Positions 25,501 to 36,076 of a DNA stretch of 37,064 nt are shown here, one piece after another. A program made the position numbers and the translations under genes. The notes under the pieces are model-generated. The model was not told the origin of the DNA. It searched no databases and worked only from the letters and a program-made list of their open reading frames with translations. The stretch is taken from contig LPNZ01003457.1 of the NCBI GenBank assembly GCA_001655205.1, forward strand, positions 1 to 37,064. The letters are read 5' to 3'. Source of the stretch: Lenisia limosa. Taxonomy: Eukaryota; Protista; Breviatea. Each line of letters opens with the position of its first letter. Position 1 is the stretch's first letter.

Positions 25501-26585
25501 CTATTATTTGCAGTAATTATACAACATTCGCGAAAAGAAAAGCGTGCTTCGGATATCAAAGACAACTTTCCCATTTGAAACCCTGCTATAATAAGACAGT
25601 TTAGTATGACAGATAGGAAATTCCAAACTCTTTAAGTTATATATCCTACTGCTCAAGAAGATAGGAAATTCAAAACTATTTTAGTATATCCTACTGCTCA
25701 AGAAGATAGGAAATTCCAAACAATTTATCCTACTGTTCAAGAAGATAGGAAATTCCAACTATTTAAGTTGTATATCCTACTGTTCATCGAATAATCATCT
25801 TAATATTTCTTATTGACGCTTAAAGACAAATAGACTCATTCACTTTCAATTAGTCCGAATAGGTGGATGAATTATGTCCCTCCTACTGTCAACCATCGGG
25901 AAAGACGTGTCCTTCAGCAGGGATGAAACGACGTTGGCCACGTAGTTACTGTCTTGATGGACTGTGCGAAGACCCAGCGTCACCTCACTAGAGAGCAGTC
26001 GTACCTTTGAAGTTATTCTCCGAGCCAGTCTAACCTTTTCAAGCTCGAAGGCCTCGAGTAGAGATTTTTCATTCTTGATCCGCGTGTTGTAGTAGAGCAG
26101 AATTAAAATCAAGCAAATGAGCGTTGACGGTATCCAGAGGAGAAAGCTTCTTGTAAGAATTGACTATAAAATGAGTTGACCTTGAAATATTTAAAATTCT
26201 TCATCCCAAGACCAACTTTTGCATGAGACCACTTCATTAGAGGCATAACTTCCCCATTTGGTAAAATAACACGGTCTTCCATCACGCTTTGGCTCTTCTT
26301 GAACCGCGAAAAAGTTTTACGCGAGCGAAATTCTTCAGAAAAGGGTTTACTTAGGGCTGATGAATTTGCAACCTGGATGTGATGGGCACTCCTCATTGTG
26401 CCTGGAGTCGATGAAACACCTGCTGAACTTGATTTCGACTTCTTTACACTGATAGGACTTGCCGGAGGTGTCATCTCACCAGGAGTCCCGGGTAGACTGA
26501 GCTTTCTTTCATCCTTGGGGCTAAAATCAATCTCATTCTTCTGAAATTCAGAAGGATCAGCCTCAAACAGCTGAGCTGATGACAT
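22588..26585 (-). CDS. Two-TM receptor class III nucleotidyl (guanylate/adenylate) cyclase with an extracellular dCache-like sensor
   Basis: Start [10 protein letters not shown] at 26585. TM1 [20 protein letters not shown] (~26085-26150). Sensor exons include [89 protein letters not shown] and WILVSLV. TM2 [27 protein letters not shown]. Catalytic motifs: [77 protein letters not shown]. Stop TAG at 22588-22590. Joining across the ~580 nt intron (~25310-25890) is inferred. Confidence 0.85.
23475..23558. repeat. 29-nt exact tandem duplication bracketed by 15-nt direct repeats, in a cyclase intron
   Basis: acacaaaaacttggagtcaaacgcatatt occurs at 23495-23523 and 23524-23552. acgcatattgaacgt occurs at 23475-23489 and 23544-23558. 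Confidence 0.9.
25611..25786. repeat. Four-copy ~40-48 nt minisatellite inside the long cyclase intron
   Basis: Units read agataggaaattccaaac + AT-rich variable part (tctttaagttata / tattttagta / aatt / tatttaagttgta) + tatcctactg(c/t)tcaaga. Confidence 0.92.
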
Positions 26586-26811
26586 TTACTTCAAAAAAAC
26601 GAATATACAAACTAAAAATGAATTATATTTGAGAAGAAGTAAAGAATAAGTGTCAAAGAGAAGCACCTTCTCTTCTTCAAGGCAATAAAGGGCCTATCGG
26701 GGATTGGGAATTTTGTGAAAAAACCCGATTTCATTACGGTGGCGTAGAACGGGTTTATGAGTTTGTTGCCAAGTGCCAAGACGTTGGGATTATGGCGCCT
26801 ATTGCCCTAAA

Positions 26812-29800
26812 ATGAATACATTAGTACCACCACCTACTAGACAGGGCTTTGAAGCTCCGTATTTCGAAGTCTCTGTCGCAAGAGACCGCTTCTCAGATGG
26901 CGAAGGCTCCCCTCTCTCTCTCAGCATCTCACAGGCTTCTAGTGAGCAATCGCTCTCTATTTCATCCAGGTCTGCTCACAGTGAACGCAAGGGAAGAAAA
27001 GTTGCCTGCCTCGCTTGTCGTGGAAACAAGTTGAAGTGTGATGGTAATCATCCATGTGCCAATTGCAAAAAGAGAGGAAAGGGTATGAACTTGTGTTTAA
27101 CTAAAGGGGTGTTGGTGGTTTAACATTACATTTTTGAAGCCCTAATCTTCCTCTGATCATTTATAGATAAAGTAAAGGAATATGATATCAAACCTATTAT
27201 CTATGCTAGGATATCTATTTGAAGTGCTGTACTATTCGACAATTGACAAATAAGATTTTCTAAAGATTATTTCCTGATGGGATGCAAATAATTCAGCTCG
27301 GGTTTTTTTTTTTTTTTTGNNNNNNNNNNNNNNNNNNNNNNNNNNNNNNNNNNNNNNNNNNNNNNNNNNNNNNNNNNNNNNNNNNNNNNNNNNNNNNNNN
27401 NNNNNNNNNNNNNNNNNNNNNNNNNNNNNNNNNNNNNNNNNNNNTGTTTCATACTCCAGATTGTGAGTTTCGTGCACACAAACGTCCGGGCCCAAAGACA
27501 AAATCCGGTGACGTGTCCTTCGCACGTTCCACCTCGCCAAACACCCTGCAGCTTCCCGTCAGACAGTCCAGGACAAGAAGACTCTCTGTAGGGACGAACT
27601 TAATGCTTTCAATTCATCTGATATATTGTTCGTGGTTGTCCAAACCCGCCCCTTTTCTCACATTTCAGCCTGTGCGTTCACTGTCTACTCCCGATGTGAT
27701 GTCGGCTCAGATTGACTCCAGATTGAGAAGTGCGTCGGCTTCTGCGTCGGGTACCGAAGTTTCCACACTGTTTCCCCAGGTCTCAGAGGTTTGTATCTTA
27801 AAATTGGCTTCTAATGGCAATTCAGCTCCTTATGGGTGACAATCGGGCAACGTCTCCGCCACCGGAGCCATCTAACGCATGGGCTGCCCAAAGCGAGTCC
27901 AGTTCATTCTATAGTCCTTCAACGGCTTATAGCGGTTCAGATTATGTCGGTTCTGGAGTAGCAGGGTTGCATGTTCTTACTCTACAGTTTTACGAATGCG
28001 AGTCGCATGTTTCATCAAGTTCCATCGCGGCTCCTATCGAAGATACTGCCAATGCCACTGCTGTTCCCACAATTACTCCTATCATCATTTCATCTTCTTG
28101 TCTGTTGGTCGATGTTGTGTCAATTGAGATTAACTATGAGTTTTATGGGCTGTTAATGTTTTATTGTAATACTCTAATATATCATACCTCAGTTCATGTT
28201 TTAGCCATTAACGCACCTTCCTTCCCACTAACCGGTTCTGACTTTGCATCTTTTCGAGGCATCTTCAATGGTAAGTTCAATGTTGTGTGAGTTTTCTCAT
28301 TTTCTTAGAAACCTATTTGAAATTTGCTTCTCTGATGGGTATTGTTGCATCAGTCATACCTTTTCATGAAGAGCCTTCTGATTCAGTAAGCTTTGTTGCC
28401 AGTTGCCGTCATCGTGTTTAAAACAGTAACATGATCCAGGTGGAACAATTTGTCCATCACACAGCTTGCTACATTGGTGCGAATTTCTTCGGACGCTCAG
28501 CAATGGCTAAAAGGTATATACTACTGTGTATCATATACTGAACCTTGGAAATTGTCCCCCTTTTTAATGTTTATTATTCAGCCATCACGAAGCGGCTCGT
28601 GGCCTGGTGGGAGAAATCATTGACAACAACCATGAAGCTCTCCCTGCTGCTATCTTTGTTCTCGGGACTCATCATCTTTTTGAAGGAGATGTGCCTCGTT
28701 TTAAACACGTACGTTGCAATTGATCTAATTTCAGCAACCCATTGGATGAGGTGTTGATTGTTCAGATGGCCCGGGTATCCTTTTCGCAATCGCAATTGGC
28801 TGAGTCTGACAGTACCCTTTCTCGATCTCTCCAAACTATCTGTAGTTTGCTGCCAGGTGAGCTGATCAAAGGACTGATTTTGTTGTGGTAGTTATCAAGA
28901 ATTCATGATAATATGGACCAAAATGAAGCGTGGTTATTAATGTGATGCTCGAAACTGCGTGAATTACTTCGGTCCAGTCCAACCGTCACCTTTTTAGAAG
29001 GAATCCCAACCCATCTCTCACACCAACTTCACTACTTCTCCATACTCAGGTGAGAGCGTCACTCATTGATAGTCTCTCCAATTATCCCTTTTCATTCTCT
29101 CGCAATCTCTTATCACACCCAGAATCTTCTCCTTATTTGTTGGTCCGCTTTGTTCACTCTGGCCACAACAATTGGAAGGAAAAACGGCCCCGGCACTTCT
29201 CAATAAAATGCCACCTTCTGCCGAAAGCTTCCTTAAAGCTGCAATTGCCTCAAATGGAAAAGCCATCTCCCTCCTAACATCACACCAGCACCTGCGACCT
29301 ATCCAGCAAAAGGATGCTGAAGCAATTGCTGATGTGGGGACCGTTTGTTTTATCAATCCTCGCAGCAACCTGGTCCACCGTGTTGATCTTTTCAGCTTCT
29401 TTCAAAATGGGAAGAACCTGTCAGCTCCAACTACCTTGATCAATTCTATTCTGCGAGGCTAAGTATGCACCCCTTTTGTCGTTGCAAACACTTCCACGCT
29501 GACAAGGTTTAACCTATTTAGACCTCATGCTAGCACTTCTCCACTTTCGGTGCGAACAAAATGAAGTAGCACGTCACCACTCAGCTCTTTTGTGCCAAGT
29601 TCTCTCTGTGAGGGGGGGATAGTTCGTTTTTTGGCTTCACACAAACTCTGTTTCTGTTTAGGGAATAAGAAGGCCCATGTTCTTTGTAATTGACCTTGTT
29701 TTAGACTGCAGGAAATGCTTTACTTGCTTTTGGACGGGCGGAAGCTTCTCTCCTTCACAATCTTGTCACATTCCTTGCCAGTTTCTCTGAGGTATACTTG

Positions 29801-30425
29801 TCTACTCCCGCTCCTTAAGCCAGATCTTATGTTTTTATGCCAAATATTGAACTGTTTTATAACAGCTTAGGTTGCCCACTTGAACACAATCCTGAAGTTT
29901 GTGCAGAATATCTGTAGGGAAGGGAGCTGGGTATTTTGTCCTCGCATCATCTCACCTTTTAGCGTCTGGAAATCTGAAAGTCGAGGCCGCATCAATTCAG
30001 TCCGACATTCAAGTGTGTCTCCCTTGGATCAATACCCCCATCAGTCCCTTCGACAAAAATTGTAAGCTTATCTCACGTCTAACATTTCAGCCCTTCTCCC
30101 TCTCAATGACCTTCTTGACACACTTTCCCTCCCAATCCCCCCGGCTCCGAACACACAGTCCCCGCCCTTAATTGTAAGGAGTTATTAAGATATTCTTCAC
30201 AGCCAAATTCCAAGTTAATGCTTCAGACAACCCCGGGGTGGTTGGAGGAGTACGACACCCCCCCTTTACTTCCGAGTTCACAAGAGGTCAGTGTGGCTGT
30301 TGCGTTACAACGTAACGTTGATGAGCTTCCCTTCGTTCATGCTTATGATTTAGATGAACTACCCCCCTCCTCTTATGTTTGCTTCTGATGACAGTGACTT
30401 GTCCCAACTTCCCTCTTTCTATTGA
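26812..30425 (+). CDS. Zn(II)2Cys6 binuclear-cluster transcription factor
   Basis: ATG at 26812. After splicing across the gap-containing intron the motif reads CLACRGNKLKCDGNHPCANCKKRGKDC (C-x2-C-x6-C-x5-C-x2-C-x6-C), followed by basic HKRPGPK, a Ser/Pro-rich linker, a helical middle region and an acidic/Pro tail ending SQLPSFY* (TGA 30423-30425). Confidence 0.88.
27320..27444. other. Assembly gap (N run) next to a poly-T tract, in the intron splitting the Zn cluster
   Basis: N run preceded by a long T run. Confidence 0.95.
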
Positions 30426-30651
30426 TTAGGTAAGCTAATGTCATTTTCTTTGACAATTAAGCTATAGTTACGTATAGCCCAGAGTGTGCGACTATTTATT
30501 GTATGTTTATTAGTAAATTAGGAACTTCTTTCAAATATATATGATTTTCTATTTCCGGTAAATCAGTTAAAAATTCGATATTAATAAACGCCAACAGTGT
30601 AGCTGGCTACCTTTCACTATTTTGTTGTTTCCTGTCAGCAATCATGGCGCC

Positions 30652-33600
30652 TTAGATTGGCACAGTGTCAGGGTTGACATAGTCCGGGGGCTCATATCCT
30701 TCTTCAGGGTAGGGCTTGTAGAAGGTTGCAGGGGGGAGCTAAATGGACTTATTGTGGAGTAAAAATGGGTGTAATATAGGCAGCGCATTAAACAATTATC
30801 AAATGTCAGATAATTGACTCACTTGGAATTCAGAGTCGGATCCGTCTTGATTGGCCACGTAGTATGAGATATAACGAACTTCGCCGGTCTCCTCAAGGAT
30901 CTAGTGTGATAAGCAAGCACCGCCACATTACGATCACGTACCTCATTGGTCACGTGGAAGTAGATGATGTCCTCTCTCTACAGAACTATTAAATTGAATT
31001 GCGACCTTTTCTCACTTACCCCCTTTGGGTCAGCTGGATAAAACCTTGCAGACATTGGGAAGCCCATTCCAAATATCGCATGTTGCCCTAGATACGCCAC
31101 ATTTCCCTGGATATGAAATCGGTTAGAGCAACCCTACTTCTCTGAGGGTGTTCCTATTAGGTTGAGGAGTATTGATCCACGCATGAAGAATGTAAGTCTC
31201 CATTGTCATCGGTCTTGGGAAAACCCCAATATACTCTGTGTCTTGTTGAGGAGGATATTCAACACTAAGACGTGAGGGTGTGAACTGGAATACATCATAA
31301 TAACTTTTTGCTCACCCATATTTCTTGGGGAAGTATGTTTCACAAGTTGGACCGGATGTTGAGAATGGGGCACCCCCACCACCCACAGGGAATGGTGAAA
31401 GTAGCTTTGGTCCTACCATCAGTAAATGGCTTGTCATGACAAACCTTCAGTTGGGACTTCTTGTCGCCTCTTTCTGAAAGGCAACTCTGTAGATCGTCTC
31501 TTTGCTTCCTATTGCGTCAATATCACAAAATCATACTCTTTGGTTGTTTGGTGAGGGGTTCGCAACTGGAAGCTCTCCAGGGTCTAATTTCAGTCAATGA
31601 CATAAATTGAAATAAATGGCTATCGATGAAAGTCCACTCACTTGAGTATTCTGAACAGCAGGGAAAGTATCTCGTGTCTTCAGTGATACCCATGACAGCA
31701 TCGTTCCAGGGGCTGATCTCAATATTGACCTGAGATGCGGGTTGTGTTACACCTGGATTCTCGCCTTGCCATACTGCCCATAATCGGTCTGCCTCGCCAT
31801 GCAATGCTAGAGGTGGTCAATGTCCCATTTATGACATATTCGAACCAGTGAAAAATACAATTTAGACAACCACGCACCCCAAAATAGAGGATCGTAAGCG
31901 GCTGTAAGGACAAGACCTAAGTCTCCACCACCTTGTCCGTGGGCTAAAAAAACATTAATTGTGATGGAATATGGTATGAAAGTTAGACAATGGGCATTTA
32001 ACAGACCTGAATTGTGAGCACTTTCAACATCCTGAGTCATTTCTGCAAACGTGTTCTTAGTGAGTGCTTGTGTAGCCTAATGTTAGTTCATGCTGAAATG
32101 AATAACTTACAGTGTTGACAATGTTGGGCCAAATTGGCTGTCCAGGTTGCCAGCCCCGAGAAGTGAGAGTATTATCCCATTTGCGTCCACGATAGAGAGG
32201 ATTGTCTGTCTCAACTCCTATATAGTATGTAATAAACAGCAAGCAAGAGTATGGTACTCACCGTTCTTCATGTACTTCTCATTTCTGAATATTTCGGGTA
32301 CAGCATGAGTCTGGGCTTCTGAACTACCCCAGTGCCAATACGGAAGAGTTACCTGAATCATCACACATGATTTCTAGAAATCTGGTACAAACAGTTGGTT
32401 CATATTCCATTAAGATCTTCTCGAGTTTGCAAAGGTAGTGCCTGTGCCAGGGAAGGAAGAGGGATGAAGAATGTGGACAATATGCTTGATCCACACCTGC
32501 GAAAGGAGGAATACCTCCATGGATACCAGCGATATCAATCCACCTAGGCTGTAAGTGTCAATTAATTCCACCAACTTGTTTCCGTCATCAAACAAGGCTT
32601 GATACGCATTACGCAGAATTTGGACTTCGGCATCAGTCAAGTCATCTGCTGACTTCCGAATCTAATCGTCAATGATGAAATTGAATTTTACAAAATTACA
32701 CTGTTATTAATATTTACTGAATGTTGCTCACAGATATTCTAACACATGTGTCGGGAAGGGGCTCAACTGGGTCTGGGTCTGGATTTGGGTCTGGATCTGC
32801 AGTAGTGGTTAAAACCATTTTGATGAGTTACCACATACCGGGAGGATCAGTTGGAACATCACTGCCATCTGTGCACTGAGCGCACTTACAGCTCTAGAAT
32901 TTCAGATCCTTTTTTTTAGCCAACTTACCACAATGTTGTACGGGAACTCAGCATTGTATAGTGCACGGCAGGTGTCATTTTTGGCACCACAACAACCAGT
33001 ACATCTTGGGAGATTTCCAGCAACAATCTGAAAAATAAGCAACTTAAAATGATAATATACCTCGAGGCGACATGTTGAAGGAAGCTCCTCTGAAATTGGT
33101 GGTTCGGGAACCGGTTCAGGCTCTAAAATGTGAAACATAACACCAAGCTAGATCCCATACCGTCAGGATCATGAACATTGATCACACCACCCTAAACTGT
33201 CAGAACTTAAACAATGACAATGTCAGCCAACCATTGCTGGGTGGAAGTTGCATTGATAATACAGTTTATCTGGAGTTGCATCGTTCGGAGTGAAATCAAA
33301 TTGTCCAGAGCTTAATGGGTTTGAAGGAACACCGATTCCACCAACTGAGTTACCAAAACCACCCAGGTTTCTGCAAAGTCAAATTTAATGAGATTATCCT
33401 CACGATGTTGTGATATAAAGAGGATGGCTTCGTCCAGTGTTAACAGTGAAGCTGTAGGTCACACCTCGGATGAGTTCCAAAACTGCACCTTGTTCGCCAT
33501 TAACTGAGTAACCCTGAAAACTTAGTTTCACCGTTGTTCTGTTTGGTGTTGGAGGAATTTGAAACATTCCATAGTTAGTCTAAGCTAAACTAGATAAAAA

Positions 33601-33877
33601 ATTAAAAATCAATATCGCTAAGGTAATAAACTTCTAGTATTATTTATTTTGCTTAGAAAGTTTTGTTTTTACATAATTCTCCCTCTACATACCTGCACTG
33701 AACCAATGCCAAACCAGGGATGTTGTGCTGACTTTTGCTGGGTGACAACGGAGAACGGTGCTACAAGGTGAGTATGGACAGTATTCAAATATTCAATACC
33801 AATGACATGCCAAATATCCACAAACGTGTTACCGCGCAAAAGGCTGTTGAAAAAAGCAAAAGAAAGAAGAACCACAT
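30652..33877 (-). CDS. Secreted tyrosinase (type-3 copper) with N-terminal cupredoxin-like domain, Cys-rich module and C-terminal domain
   Basis: Signal peptide MWFFFLLLFSTAFCA (ATG 33877). CuA: WIDIAGIHGG, AYCPHSSSLFLPWHRHYL, VTLPYWHW. CuB: VESAHNSAHG, TAAYDPLFWALHGEADRLWAVWQ. All six His ligands are present. N-domain contains GRSHPLYIT and LYYQCNFHPAMGGVINV. Last exon YEPPDYVNPDTVPI*, TAA at 30652-30654. Confidence 0.9.
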
Positions 33878-34241
33878 TGCTTTGCTGCAAGAGAAAAAGG
33901 GGGAAGGCAAAACAGGAAACCTAGAAACCTATGCAAAAAGCGAAAAGGATATTGTCACTAATCATGCAGTAAACTACAATTAACTTTTTGGAAACAAAGT
34001 TTGATATGCATAGCAAGATATGAGACATAAACAGTCTTTGAATTGACTGACCTTTGTTCACGAAATCGATGGCACTTGCCTTTTTTGGGAATGTCTGTCA
34101 TTTCACACTCTTAAGTATCCTCCTCCACAACTTCGCCACCTCAATTATGTGTTGATGTGTTGTTGATTTGTTGATTTGATTTGCACACCCGAGCCTGACC
34201 CGAGCACCTGATCACCGCTCGCTGTGGGAATGGGCATGGGG

Positions 34242-34248
34242 TATAAAT
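34242..34248 (+). promoter_or_regulatory. Probable TATA box of NAP1
   Basis: TATAAAT lies about 75 nt upstream of the NAP1 ATG, between a GC-richer stretch and a T-rich leader. Confidence 0.45.
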
Positions 34249-34319
34249 CCTCCAGAAAAATTTGTCCTTTTTAGCCCTTTTTTTTCGTTTTATTTGCGTC
34301 AAATTAAACAAGAAACATT

Positions 34320-35998
34320 ATGCCCCAACTAAGTCAGGAAGATATGTTGGCCATGCTCATGGAGGTTTGTTTTGTTTCGCTTTTTAACACTGTAGAAAGC
34401 TGTTGGCTTCTCGTCTGGGTATGTTGAGACTCTCCCCAAGGTGGTTCGCGGACGTGTTCGTGCTCTGAAGCAACTTCAGGTTTGTTGTGGGTTTAAAACT
34501 GCAAATTGTTCATCTTCTCAGCTTGCGTGTATACTGATTACTCTTTAGGAAGAGATTGATGCTATTCTTGTCGAGTATGAGAAGGAGAAGCTTGAAATTC
34601 TTGCCAAGATTGAAGATGATGAAATCTTTGAAAAAGTATGGATATTCGCATTAATGATACTTTTTTTTTCAATTTTATTGACTTTATATGTAGAGACGTC
34701 AGATCATTTCTGGAGAGGTGGAGGTCGAGAAAAAGGAGGATGAGGAAGATGAAGAGGAGGAGGTTAGCAGGTGACCATAGTACAAGTGCATACCTTCTTT
34801 ATGACTATTGTAGGATAGCAATGGTGAGAAGGGCATTCCTGACTTCTGGCTGACTGCTTTCAACCACTCTCCCGTATGTGATTGGTATTGCCTGGCTGAC
34901 CATTTGCTTCTTGGCTTTTCCCAGTGACACAATAGATAGCAGAGTTCATGAGAGATGAGGATGCTGAGCCCCTTGCAAAGCTGACACATGTACACTGCAA
35001 ATCTGAGCCTTGTGGATTGGTATGAGGGAAACTCTGAATATATCTTAAAAAAAGTCTGTTCCTTACTGACATTCAGATCACGGACTGCAAGTTCCACTTT
35101 GAAGAAAACGGCTTCTTCACCAACAAGGTTGGGAATAATCAGAAGGATGGCTGAGGTCTTTTTTCATGGTTCCAGGTCCTAAATATCCGTCTGACGGCAG
35201 CTATTGACGTATCACCCGAGAAACTCGGTCTTAAATTGATAAAATCTGAAGGTGACGTTATCAACTGGAAGGAGGGCAAGAAGTTGACAGCCGAGGTGAC
35301 TGAAAAGACCCAACGCTCGAAAAGTTGGCTTGGCCATTGATCACATTTCTCATTTACATCGCTATCTTTCATACTAATGTTGTAGAGACCGGAAAGACCC
35401 GTGTTGTCAAGGATGAGAAGGCCTGCAAGTCTTTCTTCAGACTGTTCGACATATTGGATCTTTCTCAGGTATTACCCAGTCTATCATATGTTTTTATCTG
35501 ATAATATGTACATATGTAATAACACGATATATTTTTGGTTGTAGATGAATTGCTGTTAATGGCATTAGGAGAAGCCAAGCGATCCTGATGCAGCCGAGTT
35601 CCAGGAAGAACTTGTGAACGGTCTCGAGTCGATTGAGTACATTGTGTCCAGGTGCGTGGCGCAAGTGGATGGTTGTTTTATCAACTCTTTTTGACGCTTT
35701 AGGGGTATTGAGGCCTTTGCTGGTACTCTCTTTGACGAAGACGAAGATGAAGATGAAAATGAGGAAGAGGAAGACTACTCTGATGAAGGTGAGGGGAACC
35801 TCATACAATCCTGTTCTCAACTTGGAGTGTCTTTAAAATTCTCCCATCTTGTCTCGAGGCTTATACATTTTAGATGAAGAAGAAGATGAAGATGATGATG
35901 CCGCTCCTGCTGATGGAGAGGAGGTAGGAGGAGGGGATACTAATTGCTTGTACATTATTCTCTAACATTTACAGAAACCCGAGTGCAAACAGCAGTAG
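34320..35998 (+). CDS. NAP1: Nucleosome assembly protein 1 family histone chaperone
   Basis: ATG at 34320. Motifs RVRALKQLQ, KGIPDFWLTAF, FHFEENGFFTNK, INWKEGKKLT and KSFFRLF, an acidic D/E tail, and terminal KPECKQQ* (a CaaX-type end typical of animal and plant NAP1). TAG at 35996-35998. Confidence 0.93.
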
Positions 35999-36076
35999 AT
36001 CAAATAACGTCCAGGTATAATGAACTTTTTTTTTGTAACAATTTACTCGAACACGAAAATGACAATCGTTAATTAC

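Noticed and set aside
25611-25786. CRISPR array
   Set aside because: The 'spacers' are only 4-13 nt and are degenerate copies of one another, there are no cas genes, and the repeat lies in a eukaryotic intron.
25846-26585. Two independent small genes (ORFs 26109-26585 and 25846-26112)
   Set aside because: A phase-2 intron joins them into the cytosolic tail, TM1 and first sensor helix that the cyclase otherwise lacks.
28775-28784. U12-type 5' splice site GTATCCTTTT
   Set aside because: It lies inside an open exon of the TF (MARVSFSQ..) that is bounded by ordinary U2 sites.
31464-31475. Furin-like RKRR cleavage site between the tyrosinase core and the C-domain
   Set aside because: It appears only with a 28-nt intron or a weak AAG acceptor. 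A 50-nt intron ending in TCTACAG gives a different, longer open frame without it. cDNA is needed.
33514-33692. Open frame MFQIPPTPNRTTVKLSFQ as the tyrosinase start
   Set aside because: It is intronic. Splicing GTATGT..TTTCAG restores the HPWFGIGSVQGYSVNG motif and links to an upstream signal peptide.
35975-35998. NAP1 terminal CKQQ prenylation motif as a novelty
   Set aside because: This is a known conserved feature of NAP1 proteins.
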